Part shown: positions 1 through 13,619 of the stretch, piece after piece
How the letters are laid out: the number at the start of each line of letters is the position of its first letter
How positions within the stretch are numbered: the stretch's first letter is position 1
DNA from: Phoronis australis
Lineage: Eukaryota > Animalia > Phoronida
NCBI GenBank assembly: GCA_002633005.1
Contig: NMRA01000585.1
Span: 157,263-221,262 of the forward strand
Length of the DNA: 64,000 nt
Direction of reading: 5' to 3'
Position numbers and translations under genes: made by a program
The notes under the pieces: model-generated
What the model saw: the letters and a program-made list of their open reading frames with translations, nothing else
Database searches by the model: none
Told to the model about the DNA's origin: nothing

Positions 1-651
1 TTGTATGATATCCTTGCAGTTCATAAAAACACCTTTAATATTCATATATTACGTGTACATCATGGTTACTGAATCAATCTCTTCTTGTGGTCGTTAACGC
101 AGTAATGTTGGCAGCCATTTTGGTAGCTATTGCGGAAATGTCGAAAATATTGCCTGAACATGTTTTTCATCATTCTCTTCAAAAAAGCAATGAAAAGACC
201 TATCATTTGGTATATTACACCATATAATTCCTTAATGGTATATTACACCATATAGTTCATTAACGTAAAACAATAAGACGTTTTTGCAGTCATAATGGTG
301 GCCATATTGTCCGCCATTTTGGAATTTGGAATTTTTTGTTGTCTTAAAAATGTTTCTCACCAAGTAAATGCTAGGATTGTCATATCCTGAAATTTTCATG
401 TTGTTGTTAAAAGTATTGAGGAAGTTATTGTGAAAAAACTAATTTTGGGTCACATCAATGCGCCTTAATTCCCATGTATTCAGAGGACTAAAAAAAAGGG
501 CTAATTATCGCTCTTCAAACGTTCATAAAAAGTCAACGGCTCAACGGATTTTGTTAATTTTTTTTTGTTTGCATCTGTTTTTGGTGTTTTTTTAAATCAA
601 TCCATTTTTAAACATTAAATAAGAATTTGAATTTTTTTGTCACGTCCCTAC
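1..651. mobile_element. Right end of a TTAA-inserting DNA transposon (Kolobok-like, RR terminus)
   Basis: Ends ...cacgtccctacc|ttaa, interrupting the foldback unit exactly at its TTAA (compare the intact acaacctcttaaggtgttcc at about 1276-1295). Confidence 0.5.
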
Positions 652-3360
652 CTTAAGAGGTTGTCGACGTGTTTAATTCCTTCCAACAAATACTCCCGTT
701 ATCAAACTTTTTCTTCGAGCAGTCCCTATTTAAGTTCCCAAAATCGTGAACTCACCATTTTCATTTAGGGCACGCCAAGACATTTGATCTCATTCTTTTA
801 ACCAGGCCGAAGGTCTGAAGTTGCAGTCCTATAGGTGCACTTTGAAAGCTGAAGTCCCCGCCCTCTGCGTACGCGCTGCCGGGAACCAGGCGTGCATTTG
901 CCATGTTGTTCAACATTAAAATGTCAGATATGTGCACAAAGACTATTAAATGTGATATCAACAGCATTAATTTTTATCAAATACAAACAATAATTCATTG
1001 AAATACAATCAGTTTCAAGTAACGCCAATTAAAGACAAGTAGTGGTGGCATTTTGGAAACAAACAATTGACTGACAAGACTGCAATGGCTCAGCTTTGGC
1101 CTATTTAAAATTTGAGGTTATGAAGTCAAATCACCAAGCGAGCGCGGTAAAAATTGGAGCGTGCGCAGTATAAAAATGGTGAGTTCACGATTTTGGGAAC
1201 TGAAATAGGGACTGCTTGATGAAAAAGTTTGATAACGGGAGTATTTGTTCGAGTTGGAAGGAATTAAACACATCGACAACCTCTTAAGGTGTTCCTCTAT
1301 GCACAAAAGGTATTTATAACAACGTGACTTTGATGTTTTAGTTGGTGCGAGGCATAATTCCGAAAAGCTTCCGGCGTATGGAGCGCCTATAGGAGCTGCA
1401 TTGTCTCTGGTTGGGCCAACAAAGGCGATGGTCATTGCCTAAGGCATCCTCAGCTTCTGATCATGTCCCCAATACACTACAATAAACATATAATACTACA
1501 AGGTATGACACTCAGGACTAGAAATTCCACAGGTGCTTCGATTCAGCCGTCCATATCAAACACATAACTCAATACATTTACACAAAACGGGTTAAACAAA
1601 CCATGAGCAATTGTTCTTTCTTGTTATACCATTCACGGTGTCTTGCTCCAGCGAGTTCGCAAGAAATTAGCAGTCAAAGCACAAAAATGCTCCCAAAAAG
1701 CCCAATCACACCTCGCACTTTGACGTATCGAGGTCAAGGACGGAACGGAAATTACGGATGAGTTACGGATGGACGGCGTTATCGACATCGTGACTTTACG
1801 CGACAAACCGGGCTTAGTCAGACCACAGGCGTCCTCAGCTTCTGATTGTACCCAGTACACTGTATAATACTACAAAGTATGAGACTCCGGACTAGAAATT
1901 CCAGGGGTACTTCACTTCAGCCGTCCATAGCAAACACAAAATTCAATAAATTTGCTCAAAACAAGCTCAACAAACCATAAGGAATTGTTCTTTCTCCCAA
2001 TACCATTTACAGTATCCTGCTCCACCAAGTTCGCAGGAAATTCGCAGTCAAAGCACAAAAATCTTCCCAAAAACCCTGTGCGGACCAACTCCCGTGTCCC
2101 ACGCAAGTCGGTTCAAGGTCGAGGACGGCATGGAATTATCCGAAGAGTTATGGACGAACGGCAATTGCTGATTTGTCACGGAAGGTTACGAAATGGCTAA
2201 GTGTGGAGTTTTCGATGTTGTGATATTCCGTGACATATTGCCAATTTATTGAGTTTTGTGTTTGCTATGGACGGCTAAAGCAAAGCAGCCGTGGAATTCC
2301 AAGTCCTGAGTGTCATGCCTTGTAGTATATAAAGTGTATTGGAGACGATCAGAAGCTGAGGACGCGTGTGCCGTAGACAGTGACCACCGTCTCTAGCTGG
2401 CCAGTAGAGACGGTGTAGCTCCTATAGGAGCTTCATATGCCGAAAACTTTTTGGAAAATTATGCCTCACACTGACTAAAACATCAAAATCATGTTGTTGT
2501 AAATACCATTTGGGCATAGAAGGACACCTTAGGAGGCCGTCGATGTCTTTATTTCTTTCCAACTTTTACAAATACTCCTGTTATCAAACTTTTTCTTCGA
2601 GCAGTGCCTTGTTCAGTTCCAAAAACTGTTACTGGCCATTTTTACGCTGCGTATGCTAGGGGATGTGACGTCATAACACCTGCTGCGCGTAGTGGCCAGT
2701 TTCCGATTTTGGGAACTGAACGAAGTACTGTGCGAAGAAAAAAGTTTGATAGCGGGAGTATTTGTTCGAGTTGGAGGAAGGAATTAAAGACATCGCTGGC
2801 CTCTCAAGGTGTCCCTTTATGCGCAAAGGGTACTTGTAACAACGTGAATGGATTTTTTAATTCAATTTAATTTTAATCAGTGTGAGGCATAATTAGCCAA
2901 AAAGCTATGGGAGCTTCACCATCTCTACTGAGCCAGCTAGGGAAGGTGGTCACTGTCTACAGGTACCGTAGTCTTGCAGACAGTACCACCGTCGTGACTG
3001 GCTCCAGCGGAGTTGGTGGTCATCCCATCGGCCCTCCACATGCTGGAACCTTTTCGGCGAATTATGCCTTGCACTGCGATCATTACATTTTTGCACTTAG
3101 AGGGACACATTAGGAGGCCATCGATGCCTTTAACTCTGATTGCTTCCAGCTCGAACAAATACTTCCACAATCAAACAATTCTAATAGTTGGAAAAATGGG
3201 TCGCTGCTTTGAAATTTATTCAAGAACCAGTTACTAGTGGTTCTCAAATCATGTGACCCGTGTATCCAACTATTATCCAAACTTTTTTTCCGAACAGTCC
3301 TTCGTTCAGTTGCCTATGTCAGCAACTAGCCATTTTTACATTGCTCGCACCAGGGTATAT
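652..3360. repeat. Foldback array of one repeat unit in alternating orientation
   Basis: 655-760 is inverted to 1171-1285; about 1820-1960 is inverted to 2240-2360; about 2370-2960 is a palindrome centred near 2668; further copies reach about 3350. Confidence 0.85.
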
Positions 3361-4165
3361 GGCCCTGGAGGTACATACAATTATAAGCAGTAATTTCAAA
3401 CTAGAGCCAAGTTAGAGCCTGTCAATCTTCCCGTTGAAGCCATCAATAAAAGGCTATTACCAATAATTTTATCTTGTGTCATTAGGTACAGTGATTCACC
3501 GTATTAAATATAAAACAGAAAAGAAGATCCACCCTAAATAAAATGACAATGCATTGGTATTAAGCACTCAAAGTTAGGTCATTTTTCAAATTCTCTTCAT
3601 CCTTCGAAATCGTGCAGAAAGACCGCAAGGTAAAGACTGTCAAGTCCCCCACCTTGGTACAGTTGCCATTAGTACCTACACTCGTATCAGATTTTTGAAA
3701 ACCAGTTTCGTGCGTGTCTCAAAATACTGAACTATTACCATGAATAAATGAACGATGGACCACTTTCCGTTTTGTAACAAATAATCAAATATTTAAATCT
3801 CATTACATATAATGTTGTTTGTGCACCCTACACTCATCAAACTCATTTCACACGCGCCTTCTCGCTGAAAGAGAATTACACTTCAGCATTATTTTTAGAA
3901 CGCAGTTCTAAGAAAAAACGAAAATCGGACAGGTTTGCAAAATTATGTGGTTTTGAGGTGGAGACATTTTATATCAAACGAGGAAAAGTTATTTGTTAAA
4001 AATTTTACTGTGGGTGCGTGGGATTGTGTGGGATGTTGGTCATAAGTACAGTTATAACGATCTAGATTGATGTCATTCCCTCGTTTATATCATTCCTTTT
4101 TTCAAGTCATAAGCCAAGTGTCTATGGGTACTACGAACTTCAGTTACAACAAATGTTCTAGAAAT

Positions 4166-4684
4166 AGGGCTGTCCGGGGTTACACAACCATAGAACTCTC
4201 CTTTGTACCGGATGTAAGAAAATGGGTTATTTGCATTGACCTAGTTTTGAAATTTCAGGCACTCTTTCCTGTGCAGGTTGAGTCGGAAATATTCCGATTT
4301 CAACTGTTGTAAAAGTACCATAATTGAAAGATATCCTCAAGAAAGAGGTTACTGTTTGGTTAAATAATTAACCCGACGAACTTGCTTTGTCCACTCGCTC
4401 CTTATTTTCTTGTCTTTGATTGACGTTAAGGAACTTAAGATCAAGTATCTTCGGATATTTGTCACAAGTGTATTTAACTTTGTCCCATCGGAGTTGCTTC
4501 CCCTTGTTCAACGCTAATACTTGGTCGGCATTGGTAGGACGAGAAAACTTGTACAGAATACGAAAACAACAAAGAGCATGTGGAAATCTATCGGCACGAA
4601 ATACAAAAGTGCCTGGCGGATTTTACAGCATTATGGGTAAATGCAGCGAGACTTTAGTGTCACTGTATAATCCGAGATAGCCCT
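4166..4684. mobile_element. Non-autonomous DNA transposon (AGGGCTGTC TIRs), same family as 9697-10096
   Basis: About 17-bp imperfect TIRs, AT dinucleotide on both flanks, both ends shared with the second copy. Confidence 0.75.
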
Positions 4685-5992
4685 ATTCAGTGAGGGTATT
4701 GTAATGTGGTAGGAATTCTGGAAGAACTCACAAAGAATTTAGGTTGTAGAGTGCAGTATTTTATTAGTACCTCATTATCTGATGTCTCCACTCGGATTTG
4801 TTGAGAGATTGTGCAGATGAGCCACACTGAAATATTACGCTGGCGTGTTTAAATGAAATAATAACCCAGTACAGACAAAAAAATTAATTTGATAAGAAAA
4901 CAAATATCATTACCATTTAGATATCACAAGAAATGTCCTTGTTGCTTGAAGATGATAAATAGGTCAGTAATCAATATAAATTTGCAATTCCTGAAATTAT
5001 TTACCTTTAGGTTCTTGGGAGACGGTGACTTAGCAACCTTTAATGCTGTACTTATGTAGTTAAAAGTAATCCATGTTTGGAGATGTGCGCAACTTAGGCT
5101 GAAATAAAACAGGTAGTTTGAGGTGGTTTAACACGTCAGAAATGCCTCCTGTTAGCGCTACCCTGTGTACTAGTTAAGGAAACGTGAAATTTTATTTCAT
5201 AACTTTCAGTTATTGTGACTAACACAAAATCAAAGCTGAGATCAAAACAAAAATGAGACTGGCCATTATAGATCCATGTGTGACCTGATAGCTAGTCACA
5301 CAAGTACTGAGCCTGGATTGTATTTGAGCAATCTCACTTCAACTAAAAATGGTGACTAAAGCCTCATGGTAATTATGATAAAATTCTCCTGTTTGGAAGT
5401 GTGAAAATTTAATTTTTTTGTTCAAAATTGGAGATTATAACAAACCTAAGAGAAACATAAAATTGGCGTTTCCAAATTCAAAAATTATGAAGGAGACGAA
5501 TTTTGCTTTACCAACTGCTTTATACCGATTTTGTCTCGGGTTATGATACAAAATGCTGTAAAAAATCCTGCAAATACATGGATAAGTTGAAACGCAATGC
5601 CTAAACTGTAAAAATAATGAATATTAGAACAAAATATTGACAAATATTTACCACTGCTGTTGGTGAATGCAGTGACTTGCTGAACTCCGATGGGTAGCGA
5701 CGTGTCGATGCTTGGCGATAAAATCCACCCCTTTACTCCGAAGTTCGCTCCCACAGTTTATTTTATTTAAGACCGAAATTAAGTGTTTCCATTGATGGAA
5801 ACTTCGGAAACTTCATAGTCATTGGTAAAGGCCAGATGTTATGCATTCTCATCTACATCTGGTCTTCTGTTTATGACAGTTTGCTGAACTAGCTTTCAAT
5901 ACCCAGCTTGAATAGGTTGCCTGTCCACATCATCAATAAATCAATTGACAAACTATACAATTCCAAGCATACAGTGAGCAATAAAAACAAGC

Positions 5993-6040
5993 TATTGCTA
6001 CTGCTGCTACTATCACTACTACTACTGCTACTACTATTAA
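5993..6040. repeat. (CTA/CTG)n microsatellite
   Basis: Direct reading. Confidence 0.8.
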
Positions 6041-8790
6041 TACAATAGTAATACTCCCAGCATTGATGTAGCACTTATGAAGCTAAAATCCTAGTTTATA
6101 TTATGGGTAGTTTTTGAAATCTGGTATAAGTCAGTTGTGTGGAGACAGCGTAACCTGATGATAGAACATGCCTCTATCAATTGAAAGATCAAGAGTTCAT
6201 ATTTTACTAGACCACACTGCTAAAGCCTGCAACCAATTCTCTAGCCCTTCATATCCGTAAAATTGTATGTGAATGTTATTCTAAGTCTAATTGTTAAATC
6301 TGAAAGACTACCATTGTCAAGTGTAATGATCATGTAAGTGTAATTACACTATAAAATGGAATTTGATGTAAATACTCTAATGGATCTTATCACTTAGTTA
6401 CAAATTCCGAGACTATTGAATTCCTGGTATTGAATTTTTGTATCTGGACATTAAACTGTGAACATTACCCCTCAAAATGTTCATTTAGGTATCAGTTGAT
6501 AGCCAACTGCTAATCTATGCATTACACCAAACCAAAGGCCCAGGATCATCTGTGAACTTGGCCTAACTCTGACTCATATCATGTCGTAGTATTAATACAC
6601 AAATTTGTAAGTTGAAGTGCACCATACAGTTGGTCTGTTCGAGTCAAGTTTAGAGTACAGAGATTAGATCAAGGACCCACAAGGTTAAAAATACATTTCC
6701 GGTGATATTGCTGTTTGCATGACTAGATATTCATTTCTGTTTTTGAGCATTTACTCAGAAGGTTCGATCACCATTTCGGTTGCAGGGATATTTCTGACCA
6801 GGTTTGAACTTGTGCCCTTTCGGCGCACCTGATGATAACAAGTGGGCCTTTTTTCAAATAGTTCTGCGTAGCAGACTTCGTGTAATTAAAGTGGTAACAT
6901 ATGACATAGGAACTCTAAGGGCAATTGAAATAAGGTACAGTTCATGTAGAAGTTGCATTTTATGTAAAAATTCCATACAAAGTGTTGACTTTTCCTTCGC
7001 CATTCTTCTGTCTGACGTCGCTTAGTGCATGTGATGTCCTGTCCTCTGTCTGGGGTATAATTGAATGTCAAGGTTGCAGCTGGAGCTGAAGGGATATGTT
7101 GTCATTTGTAAACAGGAATGGTAATTTACGATTAAACATTAGAAAACCTAATTGGCTTATCTTAGTCTTGAAATCTGCGACCTATTTCCCGACTGACCAA
7201 GTTGACTAGAATTTTAGGTTTTCAAAGATGCATCCAGGGAGTGCACTGCTGCAATGTACTTGGGCCTTTTTTATTTTTCATACGCTAATGGCGCAAAGCT
7301 GCGGTCCAGGAACATCCCTGCAGTTCATGCTTTTAGATGTAAAACCTCTTTGGCCTATGTTGCCAATTCATGGTTTACACTTCTGTGTTTCGCTGGGAGA
7401 TTAGTCAGTTCGTGTAATGTCCATTATGTGCTTCTTGGCATTCAAATAGACGCTACTTCTTATTAGTAGGTTACCCGTGCTGTCCACGATAAATATGTGT
7501 CTGAAAATTGCAACAGCTAACAACAGTGCTGCAGCAGCACACCCCCTGACATTCTCTTAAGTGTAAAAGAAATGTACTTGCAGTTGAACTATTTAAAGTG
7601 CACATTTGCGTGCCTGGTCTTGATGTTCTAGGTGATTGGTATTATTTAAAACAGTAATGACATTTTAAACTATAGCCAGTGCCTTTTTCCAAGCTAGGAC
7701 TTATTTTTTAAACCGGTCGCCGTCCATCTCAATGTGTTTGCAAGTGATAGCAAACAGGTCAGGGCAATGTCACTAAATAATTTCGTAAGATTGGTAGAGT
7801 ACACGTTGATTAATTCTTATTTGCACAGCCAAGCAAACCCCCCCCCCCATCCATCGTCCCTGTTCATAACTGACCCAAAAAGTGGTCAGGGCAATGTTAA
7901 AATGGGAGAACACTGACAACTAAATGACAATTAAGCTTTGGTTTTAAATTGGAATGTTCTACTACCTTTCTACTTTCAGAAAACATAATATACTGCTACC
8001 CAATAAATTTGCATGGTTTTATGTATTTTTGGCTTGATGCACAAACTTGGAGATAACCTTAAACTCGTGACTGTTGATTGCAGCACGTGGCTTGTGACTG
8101 ACCGGCATTTAATAACCACTTAATGAAATACCACCGCAGTCCTTCTTATTCTGTGACATTTACTCACAATGCTGTACAAATCAGAGGAACACTCGTCGCA
8201 CTGCGACCATGTTAATAGCTCTCTTCAAAAATTGATTCCCCCTTTGTCAGTCTTAATGCCTTGTGTTTCAAATTTCCTAGTGAGTTGCAATGTTTACATA
8301 AAAAAGTTGAAAAGCAAACTTGGTGCAAATTTTATGTCTTGTGTGCTAATCTTCCTTTCTGCTAATCTCAGGAACAACTTTAGTTACACAATATTTTCAC
8401 TTGATGAGCATATCTCTGTTATTTTTATAGCAGAAGAATAGCAAATAAATACCACATTGACTGTACATCACTAGTTCAGTCATGTGTCTTATAAAGCAGA
8501 CATAATTTGTGCTTTCCAAGCCTGAGTTTTTAAACATTGCTCAAGGCTTCTAAACAGGGTGCTGACCTTTTGACAGTAGTGCATTACTGTGTTGGTAGAA
8601 CATTGGAACTGATATAAAAAGGCCCGATCAAGCTAGGCATCTGGATAGAAATCATTTGGAAGGCTCACCTCATCGTCACCTGATATATTATTGAGGAACG
8701 CGGAAAAAAATGCAACTTAAAGCAATTTATTTTTTCAGCACACCTCAGTTTTTATGTTAACATCTTAATGTGACGATGGCGAGATAGTAA

Positions 8791-9210
8791 TAGGCCTTTA
8801 TCCAGGATTTCGAAAATGGGTGTCCAAAATGGGGTTCCCAATATTCCAGGGTGTCCATAATTCCGACGCGTAACCTCCCACCCCCAACAATCCCCCCCAA
8901 ACACACAGATTTTTTTTACAAAAAGAATGCATAGGCCAAGGTTTTTACATCTAAGTTTACAAAACATCCTTCTTTAGTGAGCATATACTTTGTCTAAACA
9001 TTGTATATTTTTTCCTGCTTTGAAAAAAGAGCCCCCACTGTGAGCCTTCAGAGGCTTCCTAGTAATCATTACAATGTGTGTATCCAAACTTGAAAGGTTA
9101 CTATTGACAGTGGGCGTCCAAATGATACATTGGGCGTCCTTGCCAGGGCATCCATATTAGTGCTACGGTGTCCATTTGGACGCCCAGGACGTATGCTGCA
9201 TAAAGGTCTG
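8791..9210. mobile_element. hAT-type MITE
   Basis: Imperfect TIRs taggcctttatccag / ctgcataaaggtctg with a perfect 8-bp TSD GATAGTAA (8783-8790, 9211-9218). Confidence 0.85.
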
Positions 9211-9696
9211 GATAGTAATTTTCTGAGATCAGCGCTAGCACGGTATTTAAGCTGGAACTTCTGTGGTGGCCGTCAAATGCTATCCTGACGGAGCTAATTA
9301 CTCCACTTGGTAAATGGCAGGGCATTTTAATGTATTTAACTGGTTAAGTCATTGGCTTTGATCTCTGCGAATATCTGCCAAACAACGGAGATAATTGGAA
9401 ATTTGAAATAAAATCACAAAAACACTGGATTTTATATTTTAACCATGGTCAAAGCTAATACACAGTAACCAAAATCCATCACCTCCAACAACAATCTCCA
9501 AAATGCGTTTTTCACCCATAAGAAAACGCATGCAAAGCTGAAATCATTTGCATTAACGAAAGTACTGGTATACAGTCTCTCAGATGTTAGTTGCAACCAT
9601 GTAGTAGGTCACGTGATAAAAAATAATGCAATAATTTGCCCAACGATGTCCTGAGTTGTAGCAAATCTGGATATGCTGTAACTAGATGCAGTGAAT

Positions 9697-10096
9697 AGGG
9701 CTGTCCCGGATTAAACTGCAATAGAACTCTCCTTTATCCCGGAGATAAGAAAGCGCGTAAATTTGTTTTGGAAATCAGGCACATTTTCGTGTCTCTAATT
9801 GATGTCGGGAAGACGACGGAGAATTTCGGATCACGCATCCACGGGTATTTGTTCAGTTTATCAAATTTTCTCATGTCAGAGTTGCAGCCCACTGCACAGC
9901 AGTAATACTTTGTTGTCATTGGAAGGACGAAAGGAGTAATGCAACCGAGAAAAACTTGAAAAGAATCGGCCAACAAATAACATGTGAAACTCCAGTGGGA
10001 CGAAAACGAGGCAGCAGATGTGCCTGATGTATGTTTACGGCATTGTGGGTAAATACAGCGAGATTCGAGTGTCACTGTGTAATCTGGGACGGCCCT
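9697..10096 (-). mobile_element. Non-autonomous DNA transposon with THAP-domain start (PIF/Harbinger-ISL2EU group, inferred)
   Basis: TIRs agggctgtcccggatta / taatctgggacggccct, AAT on both flanks; minus strand reads MTTKYYCCAVGCNSD...FPT from 9919. Confidence 0.75.
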
Positions 10097-12179
10097 AATG
10101 TGTCGTATCACCTGATACACAGTCGTATACGACTCATACAACACACGTATACGACAATTGGATCATGATGTAAATCCGTCTCCATTCACTTCTTGATTAG
10201 TGTTTGTGAATATTGATCTTCTCCTGAATGCTAAAGCCAGAATCTATTGATCTGTGTTCTTGGTTGGATGTGACCTATCTTGCCATGAGTTCTGCTTGCG
10301 ACGTTGTCTTTGGTGCTGTGAAGTGTTTGGAAATGTAACATTGAAACATGAAGCTCATTATCATTTTCTTGCAATTGAGCTTTAGAATCTTACATGACTT
10401 AGGGCAGCTAGGGTAACGATATGCACATAATATTCACAAATCACTTTTATTTGTTTCTTGACTAAAAAGAGACAACCGATGCCCCTTGAATTACATTTCT
10501 GTGACTGTTGAAATGACTTTCTGTAGGGAAACTTGAGTTTTTCGAAACTCCATCACAACTGTACATACTCCTCTGGCAAATGGCATCGGAGTTCGCATTC
10601 TTGATTGAATGTGTGATGCATGTTGCTGCCTATTTATTCTTCCGAGACTTGATTTTTATCTCTAGCTAAAAAACTTCTCCCATAGCATGGGAGTGTCGCA
10701 ACTGCGAAATCAAGTGAGTTGTGACGTTAGTTGTAAAGCAACATGAGACTTTAAGAGATAGTAGTTAGGCCTCTATTTATATTAGCAAGTTGATCACCCT
10801 TGTCTCGCACACAGCAGCATTTAGTGATTCTCTCAGACTTCAAGGTGGACAAGGCTTAAACTGATTCTTGTCAGTGCTCAAAACAGCATCAAAACAGAAG
10901 TTAGCATTTGTGAAAAAGTTATAGGCATGCTTTTCTAGTAAATGCATTGAGTTGGTGCCACTGTCTTTAAATAATGCATGGTTGACTGCAGCATCATGAT
11001 TGACATCAATGCATGTCACTTGTATTCAAAGTAACAAGTTGTCAGTTTGAACCCTGTGGTTTAAACAGCACATAAATAATGAAAAGAGTTGTGCTGGTGT
11101 TGTTGTGCAGTTGGCTCCTTGCAATCTCTGTCCTTATTGTGCATATAATATTGTCTTAATTGTTAACTGATTTAAAGTAAACTCCAATCTCCGTCTGTCT
11201 GTAATCCATCTTGGGATATTTCTTGGGATATATGACATTGATTTTCTTATCCTCCACGTCCTCGTTGCTGTGTGTAATATTGCCTAATTTGCTCAATCTG
11301 ATATTCCGGTAATTATAGCTCATCAGTATTGATGGGTTTTTATTTTTCAAAAGCTTAAACTTTGTTCCGAATGCATTTGACTACTCAAAATCTTGCCTCA
11401 TGCCAAGCTATGGAATATATTTTAAAAATGGAAAATCATTGATATGGTGCTAACTGCCTTATATGAAAAAAATGGGAGATAAAATTTCTCTTAACCTGCC
11501 ATGTTTTGTCTTAAATGCTCAAGATTTTAACGTAAGTTGAATTGTTTGTTGGATATATTGAGCTTAATTCTTCTTTTCGTATGCAAAGTATGCCAAGTTA
11601 AATTTTATGGACATTCTTTTATTATGTAATTTTTCTGAAAGGTGTATATTGTGAATGTAGATGTAAAAGTATGTTTTTGAATGTATAATTGGCGAATGTA
11701 ATTCTTCGACTGACTTATTGAAACACCAAAAACTTTGTGGTGATGTTTTAGAGCGAGTTCACCTTCCTATAATTTTTTAATGGGATGTAATTTTGATAGC
11801 ATGGTGTTCATCCACTGCGATTTTCATTACACTCATTGGCAGCACATAGTCGGTGATTGAATTTGTGGCAATAGAGGGTAGAGGAGGAGGTCTACTATAA
11901 CAACATGACAGCTGAAAACAAGGCCACTGATTCATAGCAGTTGGAGCTAGGCAGTGCAGGTCATGTAGAGACCCTGAATTTTAATTTTCAAAAGAAAAAA
12001 TCCATTTAACCAAACCTAGAACTCTTTTTGTTTCTTTGTATTTTATAAATTGTTTAATTTCAGTTTAATATTTCAGAGTAATAAAAAACTTGAAAATATT
12101 CTGGGACTTGCCGCGGCAGCTGCACCTCTTGTTAGTCGTAGGGTTTCTCAAAATTGGGAAAAATGTATAACTAATTTAA

Positions 12180-13619
12180 AGGGGAAGGTAACCCTTTTTT
12201 TGTGTCATTTTTAGTTACAATACGGTTCGTTGATTCCAGACATATGCTTCAGTTAATTACGGCTCTTCGTGATTTTGTTAATGAGTCGTGCACTACTCCG
12301 GAAGTGACGTTTAGGGGTTAAGAATTTCCCATCATTTCATTTCTAGTGCGTTTGAGTTACTTTGAGGATATGTTCTACTGTTGTACTGTGTTGGTCTCTT
12401 AAAATTGTCACCACTTTCCATTGACGAATATTTTACGACAAGCTAGATTGTTAGAGAACTTGATTACGTTGGATTTAGGAATCTTTTAGTTTGTAGTTGC
12501 AGTATGTTTGAGCCTGAGTATAGTGAGGAAGAATACAGACTGCTGTTAAGAGGGATGAGGCAGAGTCTGAGGACAGACGTAGTGTGACGCCTTGGTGCAA
12601 ATGCGAGGTGTGCACTGTTATGCCAACCTCAATCTAATGTCTATGCTGTTTCCACTGGATGGTAACCTGAACACCCAAACCGCTTACAACCAGCCGTGTG
12701 ACTCGCCACACCCCTGGTGCCTTCTAAATAGCTCAAATACTTTAGTCAAGTCCACAATAAACTCATCAAAGTTTGGCTCACTGGCTTGACCACTGGACAG
12801 CAAATTGTCCTCCCCACTGGGTGTCTAACTTGTCCTATATTGACTTCCACTACTCAACACCGCTGCAGGGTTGCTTACAGGCTCTGGGCTGGAGACAACA
12901 CTGTCACAGGACGAATCACTGCTAGTTCCCGGAATTGCACACCTTGGGATACATTGGGATACACGGGTAACACGAAGTGCCTCTAGTCACTGTAGAGGCC
13001 ACAGCTTCCGAGGCTACTCGCTTCAAAATAGCACTTCTCGAGGTTGGCGACGGGGCCCTACCAGGAATGAGCAGCAGCAGATTGGCACCCTGCTCCAGGT
13101 GTTGTTTTGCAGGAACCTTCATCAATTCCGCGTACAAACATGTATCTCTTTCGTAATCCAACGGCAGAAAATGCTCGCCATACACTTGGTAATTCTCCAC
13201 TGCTTTGTACGTTGCGTGGACGGTAACGATGCGTTCTTCACACGAGCAGGCCAAGTAAGGCGGAGTGTGTCATCTTTCGGAAAGCGGTATAATGGCTTAT
13301 CCAAAGTGCGCAACATGATAATGAGTACACCCTGGTATGCAGCAACCGTGCGCATGTTGACTGACTCGTAAACAAACGCAAACGACAACCGAACTTGTTA
13401 CAACCGAGGTAAAACAATGATCTACTCGACGGGTCACACAGTCGGACAATATGAAAACAAAGTGGCGGGAAATTCTCAACCCCCTAAAGATTACTTCCAG
13501 AGTAAGGTACAATTAATAAATAAAATTACGGGAAGCCATTATTAACCGAAACATATGTCTCGGATAATCAACGAACCGTATTTTTACTAAAAATGACATG
13601 AAATAGGTTGCCTTTTCCT
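12180..13619. mobile_element. Kolobok transposon internal-deletion derivative
   Basis: TTAA TSD, AGG termini, about 150-bp imperfect TIRs; + strand KolX-like remnant (YMFEPEYSEEE...WCKCEVCTVMPT..*CLCC, about 12500-12650); convergent - strand frameshifted THAP remnant (CCIPGC...LYRFPKD...W...EHFLPLDYERD, about 13060-13356). Confidence 0.88.

Noticed and set aside
12871-13371. 166-aa + strand ORF as a gene
   Set aside because: It is the antisense of the frameshifted THAP remnant in the Kolobok element
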